A DNA stretch of 64,000 nucleotides from the NCBI GenBank assembly GCA_964019335.1, contig OZ025714.1, forward strand, positions 62,001 through 126,000. Direction: 5' to 3'. The DNA comes from Diplonema japonicum (taxonomy: Eukaryota > Protista > Euglenozoa: Diplonemea). The notes beneath the pieces were generated by a model. The model was not told the DNA's origin and made no database searches. It was given only the letters and a program-made list of their open reading frames with translations. Below are positions 10,890 through 22,439 of this stretch, piece after piece (within the stretch, counting starts at the first letter, position 1; each line of letters begins with the position of its first letter). A program made the position numbers and the translations under genes.

Positions 10890-11176
10890 TTACAAGCACT
10901 GATGAGGGTAAAGAAGTGCACTATCATCACAACTACGAAAAAAACTCAAATTAACATGCAAACTCCCAGAGACGAAAGCCGCATGCTCTAAAAAGGAGAA
11001 GGGGTATGGTCAGTACTAATTTCGGTCAAATCTCGCGACTCCTCCGGGTGCTGACCTCTTCAGGCGAGAGGCACCCTTCAATGGCTCCAGCAGGTTTAGG
11101 GAGTACTTTTCGACCACAAAAAAAGAAAAGTCCCATTGGCTCAGGATAGAGTCGCCTGTTGGGACATGTGACTGCC

Positions 11177-12061
11177 TCAACTATCGAGGTGGGATGCGTC
11201 GCCTTTCATGAGGCAGCGCCATGGGGCATCGTCTTCGGGGGGAGCGAAAACGTTCAAAGAAGTGTAAAAGTTCTTGTGGCGGAAGGTAGGGGAAATAAAA
11301 GAGCGGTAAACAGTGTTGCAGATCCCTGCGTGGGTGACAAGGACGACAGATCCATGTCCCTCGAGTAGCGTGGAAACTGTGTTGGCGACGCGGGTATCGA
11401 TGAAGCGGTAGGACTCCGGAGCATCCCACGTTACGCGAAGACGATCGATGCCATAGACAGGCTTGTAGTGGGAATTCACCAGGGGCGAATGAGAGGCAAA
11501 GTTGCGGTACCAGTGTGCTGGGGTCAACTTCGCATCAGGATGTACATCGTGCGAAACGTACCCATGTGGCTTTGCCCCTTTGTCAGGACCGCCCCAGGAG
11601 CCGTCGGAATGCGGAAGACACCACGAAAGGAACCAGCTACGGGACATTTGCTCCGCAATGCCAGCCTCAACATTGATCTCATTCAGGCCCATCGCCTGCA
11701 CAACCTCATGTGCTGTTTCCACTGTTCGAAGTAAAGGTGAGGAATACACGCATGTGGGCATGACTGCGTTAAGCCTTTTGCATTCCCTATAGATCTTGGC
11801 CCCTGCTAGGCTCGCTTGCCGACGGCCTTCTGTCGTTAAAGGAGGGTCCCATTTGTTCTCGGTGACGCCCCGCCACCCCTCAGGATCTTTGTGGTCCACC
11901 CGTTCACCGTGGCGGAGAACGAATAAATATTTCTTCGCAGGCAAGCTCCCAGCTTCACCGTCCTCCTTCGCAACAGCAGCTTTCATGTCTACCTTCGGTG
12001 CTAGTGCTGTTTTCTTTCTAGGTTTAGTTTCCTTGGCAACTTGCAGTCTGTTCTTTTTCAT
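11177..12061 (-). CDS. Histidine phosphatase (phosphoglycerate-mutase superfamily, STS/TFC7-like)
   Basis: RHGER, DPPLT, SSPLLRTVET, IAE and VTHA motifs; first ATG at 12061. Confidence 0.88.
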   Translation of the reverse strand: MKKNRLQVAKETKPRKKTALAPKVDMKAAVAKEDGEAGSLPAKKYLFVLRHGERVDHKDPEGWRGVTENKWDPPLTTEGRRQASLAGAKIYRECKRLNAVMPTCVYSSPLLRTVETAHEVVQAMGLNEINVEAGIAEQMSRSWFLSWCLPHSDGSWGGPDKGAKPHGYVSHDVHPDAKLTPAHWYRNFASHSPLVNSHYKPVYGIDRLRVTWDAPESYRFIDTRVANTVSTLLEGHGSVVLVTHAGICNTVYRSFISPTFRHKNFYTSLNVFAPPEDDAPWRCLMKGDASHLDS

Positions 12062-12314
12062 CTCTTTTCTTTTCCCCCCTCCTGGCGTATAAAATCCTTG
12101 GAAGTAAAAAAAAAAAGGCGAAGGTGATATATTTCTGTTTCGTTGTGCCCCAAGCAAAGGGGGGTTCTCTGTTGTCCTTTGTTTTTACTTTTTTATCTGG
12201 TTCAGCAGAAAGGAAGCTACGCTACCTCAGTAACCCCTAAAAGACAGGGGAAGTACATACACCAACAGAAAAAAAAAAGGGGGAGTGAATAAAAAGTGTT
12301 TTTTAATATCCTCC

Positions 12315-13114
12315 TTATGCTGAACTCGCAGTTGCCTCGGGTGCTTTCACGGCTTCTTTAGCTTCGGTAACCTGACTCTCGGGAACTTCTGCCTCACTCT
12401 TTGTTGCTTCTGCGTCTTTGGGTACTCCTTCCTTTGTTTTCGGGTTCTTGGCTTTGTTCCACCTTTTCTTTTTTTCACTTTTGGCGCTGTCAAAAAAAAA
12501 AAATAAAAAAATTGGTTAAAATTCCGTGTAAAATACCTTGCTAGCCACTTCAGGGAAGACTCGGATAGACGTACTTTGGAAGTATACTTACACGTGCCTT
12601 CCCTTTCGATTTGGTAGAGGATACTAGGCTTATCCTCTTCAAGTGACGCTTCATAGACTGCGAGAGAAAAGAAAAAAGCCGGGCCTTTGAAGTGTTTTGA
12701 CAGCTTCTCCGAATTCAGAAAAGCAGTCCCAGCTGCCAACGATAGACTGCCGCAAGGCACAGAAACGTCGTACATGTTATTTGTTTCATTTTTCACAACC
12801 CTGATCTGCACACTGTCGCTGTCTTGAGTCGCCTCGATGGCAGCCACGACTTCATTTTCTGAGGCCTTCTGCCACACCCATACACCTTCCATTTCGCCTT
12901 TTTCAGCAAGTTTGTTCTGTATCACATTCCTTACCGTCTCTGATGAACGAATCCTTTTCCACTCATCCGCCTCCAACCCAAAGTCCTCTACCTTCAGTGT
13001 TGTCACGTACTTCCCCTGTACCCCCGCACCATATAGCTTACCGGGACTCACTCCCTTTACAAAATCTGCAGCGCTCTGCACCCCGGTCTTCCATATTATA
13101 CCAGCCCTGTTCAT
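12315..13114 (-). CDS. Hypothetical protein; exons 13114-12537 and 12486-12315
   Basis: Removing a 50-nt GTATTT...GACAG intron (12536-12487) replaces the poly-Phe run with a K/E/A-rich tail ending at TAA 12315. Confidence 0.65.
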
Positions 13115-13227
13115 TCTCTGTGGTTGGTGGTTCGCATGTGCGGCGTGGCAACAACAATATGCACTTAAAATGCAGCCACGAAAATGACAGCTTTAAAAAA
13201 GAAAAAAAACGGGGGGGGTCCTTTCAC

Positions 13228-16200
13228 CTACCGCCTCAAATGAGCGAGGATAGCATCTAAACACCCCGGGTCGGTTTTCGCCACCTGCTTCGCCATTTCA
13301 TGTGGTGTCGGAAGGTGCGATACGTATCTCGGGTTCGCAGACAAGGACAACAGCATCGTAACAGCAGGCACTGAAGCAGCGCAGACTGCTGCATGGAGAG
13401 GAGTGCCCATAACAGGCGTGAAGGCCACAATGGCCGCAGGGACGGCGAGTTCCCTTAATGTCTGGATATTCTGAGGCAGGCAGAAGGAGGACTGGGCCAC
13501 CGCATAATGCAGAGGTACGGTCCCATGCTTGTCGGGCACTGCCACGTTGGCCTTCATCTCAATGAGTATCTTTGCAGTATTTGTCATGCCTCCCCTGCAG
13601 GCCTTGTGCAGCGCTGTCTCACACCACACCCCTTCCCTTTGCTCAACAACCCGTTTCGTGCATAACAGTTTCAGCAGCTCTTCGCCGCACTTCCGGCTGA
13701 ACATGTCTTCCTTGACCCTGCTGCGCACAATCCTTTCATCTGCTACCACTTCGCCCGTCTCCCTCCCGACACACTCTACAGACGTCAGCCCAGCATGCAG
13801 CGCCATCCCTCCAAGTGCGTCGACGGCCTCCACGTCCATGTTCCCATGCTGCAGCAGGATTGATGTAAGAAGCACATCGCCCCTTCTGCAGCTGTAGTGC
13901 AGTGCTGTGCTTCTGTTCTGCATTGTGTACCCGATGTCTGCCAGCAGCGCATTCGTAGCGTCGTGCGTCCTTTTTGCGACATGCGGTTTGTTGATGCTCG
14001 ACATGTCCAGCAATGCCCAGCATTGCTGCATCACACCATAGTGCTGCAGCTCAGGGAAGCTCGTCACCACAGACAGCAGCTGGTCCTTGTCGCCTTTGAA
14101 AGTCAAGTCCACAGCAAGCTTGAGGAGGAGGGCAACGTGTGACTGCCACGGGCGCTGCTCAACTGCAGATAGTACAGCAGCAGCACATGCAGCAGCAAAT
14201 GTCGCTTTGCAAGCAACAATGTTAGGCGGTCTAAAGGCAGCAACAGCTGCGGCCACGCAGAGCAAGGCGATGCCGGGTTCTTTCAGTGGGATTTGTGTCC
14301 GGGGTTCGTACACAGCCGCCCAGTTGATCTCATGTTCTGCTTGTGTTGTGTGCTCGCACGGCACACGGATGCGGCTGCCGCCAAGCTGGGCAATGAACTT
14401 GACAACCATAAGAACACCCTCCTCGAGAAGCACGTTACCTTGTTCGAGAAGGAACAGGACGCGCTCCAGACAATGCCTCACAAGACCGGCTTGCAACTTG
14501 TACAACTTGACCTGCATGGCGGCGGGCATGCTGGCCACTAGCAGACCTTTCCTCACAGTAGCCATGCTGTCTGTCCAGTGTGCATCTCCCATAGGCTGAG
14601 CTGCTGCTTCTAAGGGGTGCGTTTTGATGAACAGAAAAGCTGCCTCTGCAGTTACTACCGCCAGCTCTGCATGCTGAAGTGCCTTTTTGAAATGTTCCAA
14701 TGCAGCATCGCTCGCCGCAGGATGGTTCACGGTGTCCTGTGTCACCCGGCCATACACCTCCAACAACCCAAGCAGCATGTTCTTTTCGGTTGCCGTGCGC
14801 GGTTCACCTCCAAGAATGTTTGCAATCCATTTGGCAAGGTTCCGCACTACCTTCTGCCTGTGCCCCTTGTAGGGGCACTCCCGGCATGACAAGACCTCCT
14901 TTGCCACTGCCGCAGTACGGAAGTACAGGCATGCTGGCTGCAGTTTTTGCTCCTCAGTGCGGGACAGGATGAAGCAGTGAAGCGTAGTGTGCGGCTGCTG
15001 AAGGCCTACAAACAGCTCTCGCAACCGCAGCTCTGAAGTGCTGGCATCAGCTATGAACTGCCTCTTAAATGATTTTAGGAAATTCTTAACGAATCTTATG
15101 GTGATAACATGCATCCGGTTGACTTCTTGGGGGCATGACACCACCTCAAACAGTGTCAAAGGAGGGATCAACACCATCTTATCTTCAGACGGTGTCCTGC
15201 ACCTCCCCACATGGCACACTTCAGGGACGTCTACGATTCGCCACATGACACACACTTCTCCTGCCGTTTTAAGCCCATCTGCGTACTCTTCAGACTGCGT
15301 GGCCAAGGTAGGGCCCACCCAGTGTAGTGTATCCCCAGCCTGCAGTGATAGGAACCTGTTCATACATGACGCCTTCTGCATGCCACCACACCTGTACAAG
15401 ATGCGATTGTTCGTGTCTGTGAGACATGAGTACTGTACCATGATGCGCAGCAAAGGGTGCAGCATAGTGCTGTCACTATCGAAGTTCTCCGCGACATTTG
15501 TGATGGACAGCAGTACATTTGTGTTCCTTTCCACACTCAGGGCGTTCGGGTCCTGCTGTGTGTAGCCCACGAGGCTGTCGATGTCTGCCCCGTTGAAGCT
15601 GCATACAGACGTGACGAAGAGAGACAACATCCGCCCCTGCCGGGGGTTGCGCTCGTGGTTCTTCAACTCTGGGTAAATGTGGTTGTAGTGGAACCAGAAC
15701 TGTTCGGTCATGTCAAAGAGCACCCTGTGCGGAGAGGATGTGGGTGGTATGCTGAGGACATCCAGGATTGCTTCCAGCAGCATCCCCGGCAAGTTGGCGT
15801 ATGCCTTCATCAGCCGCTGACACAGTGCAGCAGCCGCGGCTACAGATGTGAACGACGTGTGCTGCCTCCTCGTAGCCCACAGGCCTTGGTTGAAGGGCGT
15901 CCTCTCCGAGCCTGCAATAGACGGCCCTGATGCCCAGTACGGGGATACCTTTGGTGGTACCACGCAAACAACACTGCTGTCGTCTATGTCGCACAGCTCG
16001 GCCAGCTTTTGTGCAATATTCTCCTTCTCCTCGTCACGCGTCGTGATCTCCAGCACTTTGCTGGGTAAGGTCGCTTCACGCAGCCAGATCTCTCCGCTGC
16101 TCCATTCAATTATAGTCTCCGAGTAGCGCCTGATCTGGGAGGGCGTCATTGCTAGCCCAATCATCAGGTTGCTGTCTATCGCGAGCACGTGCTCGCCGCC

Positions 16201-17013
16201 AGCACATGACGTCACGCGATGGCCGACAACGCTGAAGCACACGCAGGATGCCCGCTCCCACCAAATACCTGCAATGACACACTGGCACCGCAGAAGCGTT
16301 CCCTGCGACAAAAACTCTTCTTCGATCATTTCGAAATCCTCCCTCTCGCTGCTCGCCAGGCTTTTGCGCATGCTAGTCTGGCTCTGCAGCACCTTGTTGA
16401 CTGCAGGATCATAGTACAGTTTCTGTTCAGACAAGTTAGGGACTTCCGGATAGTTACAAGCTAGGGACTTACGGATTGCTGTGAAGGTGCTCTTACGACG
16501 GCAGCGCATGGGCCGGTAAGGGACCTCGAGGGGGACGGTGTTCATGAAAGACTTCTGCCTGCGTCTAGGGGGGCGCCCTACATTGCTCCATGCAGTCAGT
16601 GAACTGCGTGTGGGCGAAGGCATTTCGGGAGCACAGAGGGTGACCTGGGTAGCATCAGGCTGCATGATCTCAGGTATTGTCAAGTGCGGAAGAGTGCGCT
16701 TCGTAAGGGGAGGCATCTGCACCTCCTTCACTGGTGCACCAAGACACCTTTTGCACAGGTCGTAGCCGCACTTCTCACATGACCACCTCATCAGGTCCCT
16801 TGCGTCCCCTACCGTGCGGCACTGGCGCCACCTGTTGCAGTACCACGTTGTGTAGGGACACCCCCACTGCAAGACGTGTCCTGCAGGGCACCGGTGCTCA
16901 TCTACAGTAGCAATAGGTCCTGCTGTCCCATCGTTATCCATTGTGAACACATACCTGCTCTGCCGCCACGTAGGGTCCTCCCGCCTCATGAAGGTCCGCA
17001 GCTTGACAAACAT
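13228..17013 (-). CDS. 1261-aa protein: N-terminal Cys/His zinc domain, degenerate ADP-ribosyltransferase-like domain, C-terminal ankyrin repeats
   Basis: CPAGH..WYC..C..WSCEKCGYDLC..C; LYR...LHW..PTLAT...VLIPPLTLFEVV; TALHYSC, TALHKAC, VPLHYAV and TPLHAAV ankyrin motifs. Confidence 0.8.
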   Translation of the reverse strand: MFVKLRTFMRREDPTWRQSRYVFTMDNDGTAGPIATVDEHRCPAGHVLQWGCPYTTWYCNRWRQCRTVGDARDLMRWSCEKCGYDLCKRCLGAPVKEVQMPPLTKRTLPHLTIPEIMQPDATQVTLCAPEMPSPTRSSLTAWSNVGRPPRRRQKSFMNTVPLEVPYRPMRCRRKSTFTAIRKSLACNYPEVPNLSEQKLYYDPAVNKVLQSQTSMRKSLASSEREDFEMIEEEFLSQGTLLRCQCVIAGIWWERASCVCFSVVGHRVTSCAGGEHVLAIDSNLMIGLAMTPSQIRRYSETIIEWSSGEIWLREATLPSKVLEITTRDEEKENIAQKLAELCDIDDSSVVCVVPPKVSPYWASGPSIAGSERTPFNQGLWATRRQHTSFTSVAAAAALCQRLMKAYANLPGMLLEAILDVLSIPPTSSPHRVLFDMTEQFWFHYNHIYPELKNHERNPRQGRMLSLFVTSVCSFNGADIDSLVGYTQQDPNALSVERNTNVLLSITNVAENFDSDSTMLHPLLRIMVQYSCLTDTNNRILYRCGGMQKASCMNRFLSLQAGDTLHWVGPTLATQSEEYADGLKTAGEVCVMWRIVDVPEVCHVGRCRTPSEDKMVLIPPLTLFEVVSCPQEVNRMHVITIRFVKNFLKSFKRQFIADASTSELRLRELFVGLQQPHTTLHCFILSRTEEQKLQPACLYFRTAAVAKEVLSCRECPYKGHRQKVVRNLAKWIANILGGEPRTATEKNMLLGLLEVYGRVTQDTVNHPAASDAALEHFKKALQHAELAVVTAEAAFLFIKTHPLEAAAQPMGDAHWTDSMATVRKGLLVASMPAAMQVKLYKLQAGLVRHCLERVLFLLEQGNVLLEEGVLMVVKFIAQLGGSRIRVPCEHTTQAEHEINWAAVYEPRTQIPLKEPGIALLCVAAAVAAFRPPNIVACKATFAAACAAAVLSAVEQRPWQSHVALLLKLAVDLTFKGDKDQLLSVVTSFPELQHYGVMQQCWALLDMSSINKPHVAKRTHDATNALLADIGYTMQNRSTALHYSCRRGDVLLTSILLQHGNMDVEAVDALGGMALHAGLTSVECVGRETGEVVADERIVRSRVKEDMFSRKCGEELLKLLCTKRVVEQREGVWCETALHKACRGGMTNTAKILIEMKANVAVPDKHGTVPLHYAVAQSSFCLPQNIQTLRELAVPAAIVAFTPVMGTPLHAAVCAASVPAVTMLLSLSANPRYVSHLPTPHEMAKQVAKTDPGCLDAILAHLRR

Positions 17014-17270
17014 CTTGTACGCGAACAGAATTTACATTTGTGTGCTTTCTTTCCTTTATTTCCCTTTCCCCGTAGGGCTCATTTACCTCACCCCCCCCAC
17101 CCCTTTTTCGTGCTTCTTCTTTTCAAAAAAGTATGAATGGGGGAAAAAAGGCACCACCCACCCCCCCACCCACCCAAGGGGTGATTCTTTTTTTAAAAGG
17201 TTGTTGTTAAACAATTGTACTTTTTTTTTTTTTTTTTTAAATTACTCCCCCATTTCTTTCTTTTGTTATC

Positions 17271-17780
17271 TCACTCGGAGTGGAGTTTAAAGGAGTCAGG
17301 TCCGCAGTTGCAAAGCACGCCAAAGGCGAGGGACTGCAAGAAACAGGTGAGAAGCACCGTAAGTACCCACCCTGCATACCTATATTTTTTATATAATTCG
17401 TTCACAAGGACCCCCCAACCATACCGAAGTCCATCCACTTCCCAATCATGGTGCACGTGGAGGCGGAATTGCTGCTGTGCGAAGGCTGCCACAATGCCTG
17501 TAGCCACACCGAACAATGCCTGCCATGTAAGGGACAGAGGCCACAGAATACCAACGAACTCATCAAGGTACTTCGGCACGTGAGCACGCCTCATATTCGA
17601 GTAGAAGGAGAAGAGCCCCACCAACATGATGAAGGAGGTGACCGGTGCCGACACCACTACTTTGAACAAGCTACTTAGCAACAGAACGAAGAAGGTTAAC
17701 ACCACTGCCAATGAATTGTTAAAAAAACCCCAAAACCCGTACCACACCACCCCATGGGGGTTGGGGTCGCTCGCAGGCAT
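17271..17780 (-). CDS. Small multi-pass membrane protein (~4 TM), unknown function
   Basis: ATG at 17780 follows a polypyrimidine-CAG acceptor (17806); four hydrophobic segments. Confidence 0.7.
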   Translation of the reverse strand: MPASDPNPHGVVWYGFWGFFNNSLAVVLTFFVLLLSSLFKVVVSAPVTSFIMLVGLFSFYSNMRRAHVPKYLDEFVGILWPLSLTWQALFGVATGIVAAFAQQQFRLHVHHDWEVDGLRYGWGVLVNELYKKYRYAGWVLTVLLTCFLQSLAFGVLCNCGPDSFKLHSE

Positions 17781-17805
17781 CGTCACTTCCCCTACCCTAC
17801 CCTAC

Positions 17806-17850
17806 CTGTACGGAGATGAGAAGAATTAGAAACAGCAGAGGGAGGAGAAA
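17806..17850 (-). promoter_or_regulatory. Candidate spliced-leader trans-splice acceptor (polypyrimidine tract + CAG)
   Basis: TTTCTCCTCCCTCTGCTGTTTCTAATTCTTCTCATCTCCGTACAG about 25 nt upstream of the ATG, with no evident upstream coding exon; similar sites at 25062, 27324 and 30466. Confidence 0.55.
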
Positions 17851-17976
17851 TAAAAAATAAAAAAAATAAAAAAAATAAAAAAGGAACTGAGTAGAAAAAG
17901 GAAAGGGTGGGGGTTGGCCATCTGAATCAAGCAAGAAGCGACCATCACTGGAGCTGAATACCACTCAGGTCAGGGG

Positions 17977-18010
<34 letters not shown>

Positions 18011-18604
18011 GAATTGAATTTCCTTGCACGCCAACGTTGTTCGTACTGTGAAGCAGATGGCAGAGGGGGTGGACGGGGTGGAAAAATAAAAGAAAAAAAA
18101 GAGAAAAAAAAATAGGGCATGGCTGGGTGCTAGAACCAGTAGGGGGAGGGGGGAAAGAAAAAAAGTAAAAAAGAAAAGAAAACCCAAGGTCAAAAAACGG
18201 GGGGGGGGGGGGGGGGAGAAAAGAATAAAAAATAACGTCAAGAAACATAACAAGAAAAAAAAAACAATTGATTCTACTTCGCCCGCAAAAAGAAAAAAAA
18301 ACTTTTTTTTAAAAAGTGTCAACGAAAACAAAGGACGTGAGGGCCTGGGAAAAAAAAAGAAAAAAAAAACCCCAATAGTGAAAATCTGGGATCATCGGAA
18401 AAAAAAAAAAAAAAACTCCTCAAGAGAAATTTGTGAAAAACGTCGACATTTTTTTTTTTTAATCTCTCTTTTCGCGAACGGGCGGGCAATTTATAATTTT
18501 CTTATTTTTTTATTTCTTCTTCCTTCGTTTCTTTTTTTTGTTCTTCTTTTTTTCTCCTCTCGCTTCTCTGTTGAGTAACTGAGTTCCACAGAGAAGAGGA
18601 TACC

Positions 18605-18671
<67 letters not shown>

Positions 18672-20812
18672 CGAAAGGGAAGGGAGGGGAGGGGGGGAGG
18701 GGACAAGAATTAGGGATTTGACACCTGCTATTTTGAGAACGTAGGGCCTTTGAAAAAAAAGAATCTCATACTGTATTTTTGTTTTTTTTTTCTTTTTTTA
18801 AATGTCAGTAAAAAAAAGTGTTCTTTCTTTCTTTCTTTTCTTCTTCTTTCAGTGTTTTCTGTTTTCCTTTTTCTTTTTTTATTCTCATTTGCCAAATAAA
18901 AAAATTACCGCAAAACAAAAAAAAGGGGGAGGGAGGGGGGGGGGGGGGAGAGGGATGTCATTTGTGGCAAGAAAACGGACACCGACAGCAAAGAGGAATT
19001 ACTGCTAAATAATAAAAAAAAATGAAAAAATGGAACAAAACTTATTTTCCTCTCTCAAGTACAATTTTTCTTTTTTTTTGGGGGCAATACACTTAATACC
19101 CAAGAAAAGTGCCAAAAAACACGCAAGGCAGCAATGCACCTACCTACACAGAAGGGCGGGCATTGAGGCAAGAAGGCCACATTTACAGTAGTCTAGTTCT
19201 CTTTCGTATTTCTTTTTTTTTTCCTGGGTACTAAGTGAAGTGCTCCCTTTTTTTTAATTTTTCTTTTTTTTTTTAATATTTGAAATGGAATGAAACTATA
19301 AAAATCGGCCCTTACTTTAGCAGAGTCAAAAAAAAAATGAGAGAGAAAGTAAATAATAAGCAATTTTTATTTTATTTTATTTTATTTTATTTTGTTTTAT
19401 TTTATTTTTTTCTTCGTTTATAAGACAATGCTATCAAATCAAAAAAAAAAAAGAATATGGCTGCAATTTAATCAACAAAATATTAACAAATAAAAAGTAA
19501 GAAAGAAAGAAAGGTGAAGACACACTACAGGGTAAGCTAGGATGGAGAAACTATAAAATAAAAATAAAATAAATATTTTGAAACAACACTATGAAGCAGG
19601 GGGGGGGGGAATATTAGTCAATCATAAATAAAACATATGGTTCCATTATTCGCCATTCTGTCCACAATTTCGTATCCAGCAGAAAACTTTTTTCTCCTTC
19701 TTCTTTACAAAACACTAAAAATAGCACTTTGAGAAACAACAGTTTATGTAGCCATTGTACTTTTGTAAGAAGAAGCTTCTGAAAGATCGGGTTCTTGGAG
19801 ACTTCTTAGAGTCCTGTAACAAATAACGAAATAATGGACCCGCATAGCTAGGGTAAGTAAATTAGGGGGGGGGGGGAACACAAAAAAAAGAAGGAAAAAA
19901 AAAAAAAAAAAAAAAAAAACTAATCTGTCGTGTTTGTGCGCAACTTGTTTTCTTCTTCCTTTTTTTCCCCCCAAATTGAGGATTGAAAAAAAAAAAAAAA
20001 ATCCCCAAGTTTTCGAAATGCTCGTCAAAAGGGGTCAAAAACCCCATGCAGAGGTGGTTTCTTTTCCTCTTGCATGGGATTTTAGGGCCTCTCCCCAGCT
20101 TTAAATGCCCAAATGCTCCAGCCCTCCTGGAAGTGGGTTGAGGATTTTCGAAACTAAAGGCCTTCCTCACACTTAGGGGATTTACAAGGTTTTGAGCATA
20201 TCTGCGAGCTTTAGGGTCAAGTTAGCAGTTTTCTCAATAAAAAAAAAAAGAAAAAAGAAGAAGAAGAAAAAGGGCTACGCAAAACTGCTCCAATGAAATA
20301 GTTATGAGCCCCCCCTTTTTTTTTCTTTCTCTCCCCCTTTTGCTTTTCCAGAAAAAAAAAAAGAAAAAAAAAAAGAAAAACCCCAAGGGTCCCATAGCCC
20401 AACATACCTACTAGTGTACCCAGTAAGTAAGAGGACGTGAGAGGGGGGATGTGTAGGGAGGAAGCCCGTGGTATTGTGCCCAGGGAGGAGGCAACGGGAA
20501 AGAAGAAGAAGAAGAAGAGGGGGTGAAAGAAAGAAGAAAAAAAAAGAAAAAAAAAACCATCTTTTCAGATGAAAAGAAAGCTGACAGGGAGTAGGGCGAT
20601 GAGTAAAGTCTGTCTATTACGAAAAAAAAGAGAAAAAAAAAGGAAAGAACCATGCCACCGCTGCTTGGGGTAGTAATATCTGAAGGGGTTGGTGTTGGGA
20701 ATAGTGAGGAAATCAACTCCCTCTTTTTTTTCTTTTTTTTTTTTTTAAAAAAGACACCTTCTAGTATTTTCTTACGACAAGCATGACAGGAATGGGAGGG
20801 GAAATGAGATTT

Positions 20813-20852
<40 letters not shown>

Positions 20853-22408
20853 CTTTTTTTTTTTTTTAAATTTTCTTTTTTTTCCGGAAAGATGAAGCCA
20901 AATAACATAACAAGGGGATGGGGGGATACCCAAGAGAGTGATACTGGTAATATGGGAGTGCTTCCTTGTTTTTAACCTAAAAAAAAGGGGGGGGGAAGCC
21001 TTTCTTGCCTCAATAGTACTCTATTAAGCCTTAGAGTCGGTTTTGCAGCTTCACGGTTTGCATTCTTTCTCGAATCTTTCTTCTTTTTCTTTCCTCTCTT
21101 TTTCCTTTTTTTTTCTTTTTTTATTTTATTTTTCCAAGGCGACAGTACTAAGTACAAGTCAGGAGGGAAGGGTAAGGGTAGAGAAAATAAAAAAAAAAAC
21201 ATTTTCTTTTCGGTGTTCTCTTGGGAAGGGTGGAAGACTTAAAAAAAAAGAAATAAAAAAAAAAGAAAACTAAGTGGAGCAGGGAGGGCACAGGTATAAA
21301 AAAAGGGGGTGGACGGTTTCTCCCCCCCCCCCTTTTTCTTTTTTTTGAAAAATGGAACAAATAAAGGGGGGGAAAAAAAAAGAGAAAAAAAAAGCACAAT
21401 AAAAATAGTGGACCTTTTTCCACCCCCCTATTTTATTTCTTCCTCCACAAAAAGAGAAAAAAAAAAAAGAGAAAAAAAAAAAAGAGGAAATGCCGTTGCT
21501 TTTTTTTTTTTTTACGCGCGTTGCAAGGGGAAGTTTAAACCCGAAATACACGTCTCAACAGATCACTCTTTTCATTGTAGTCAAGGTCAAATGCTGACCT
21601 GTTCATGAAAAAAAAAATTCTTTTTTTCAGTTCTTCCCCCCTCCCATGCATTTTCGTTCTCTTTCTCATTTTTAAGATGGTAACTACCGCTGTTGCACAT
21701 GCGTACTAAAAAACCTAAAAACACACAAGTACCCGGTGAGTTTCTCTTCAAGAGGGAGAAGGAAAAAAAATAAGAAAGAAAAAAAAAGAAGACAAAAAAA
21801 AAAAGACCTCCTACTGCTGTTCTTTTTTTTTTTTTTTTTTAAAGGCAACAGTGTAATCCTGGTCTTTTTTCATTCTTTTTTTCTTCTTCTTTTTTTTTTC
21901 TTACTCCCCCCTTTTTTTTTTAATTTTTTAATTTCTTTTTGGATTTCTTCTTATTTTTTTTCGGAAAAAAAAAAAAAAATATCGCACCTCATATTTCTAG
22001 AGTGAGTCAAGTACCTCTTTCCCCTCCCCTCTCCCCTGCTTACAGGGCTTTGCATGACGCACTTTTCTTATTTTTATGAAGGGTAGAAAAAAAAAAAGAA
22101 AAAAAAGTGTATGTGGGGGGGGGGGGGGGGGGAGGTATTGTTGGAGTTGTTGCTTGTGTTTTGTTGTCCGTTACATAAAACCCCCTTATCCCATAGGGAC
22201 GGGGGGAGGGGAAAGGGAAGGGGGGGAAAAATGTGTGCCTGATAAAATCCAAGGTTTTCACTTGAACCATATCACATCCCCCCCACCCGTCCCCCCCCCA
22301 ACCCCTTTACATCCCATCACATCACAGAACCAGGACGTACTAGGAAGGCGTTACATGTACGGGGAAAAAAAAAAATATTGAACAGAAGGATTTTTTTTTT
22401 TTTTTTTG

Positions 22409-22430
<22 letters not shown>
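17830..22430. repeat. 4.6-kb non-coding low-complexity region (A/T/G/C homopolymers, A61 at 18606-18666, TTTAT repeats near 19370-19405)
   Basis: Only K/F/G/P-rich spurious ORFs; dense homopolymer runs; lies downstream of the kinase gene. Confidence 0.8.

Positions 22431-22435
<5 letters not shown>

Positions 22436-22439
<4 letters not shown>

Noticed and set aside
17787-17806. (GGGTA)3 in a 5' UTR as a telomere-like repeat or G-quadruplex
   Set aside because: Only three full G-tracts, and not TTAGGG.
18606-18666. A61 run as a retroposon poly(A) tail
   Set aside because: No element body or target-site duplication; similar runs are everywhere and lengths may be sequencing artefacts.
19845-19862. 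TTACTTACCC on the minus strand as a U1 snRNA 5' end
   Set aside because: No U1 stem-loops or Sm site follow.
17970-22381. Many K/F/G/P-rich ORFs in spacers
   Set aside because: Translations of homopolymer runs, not protein-like.
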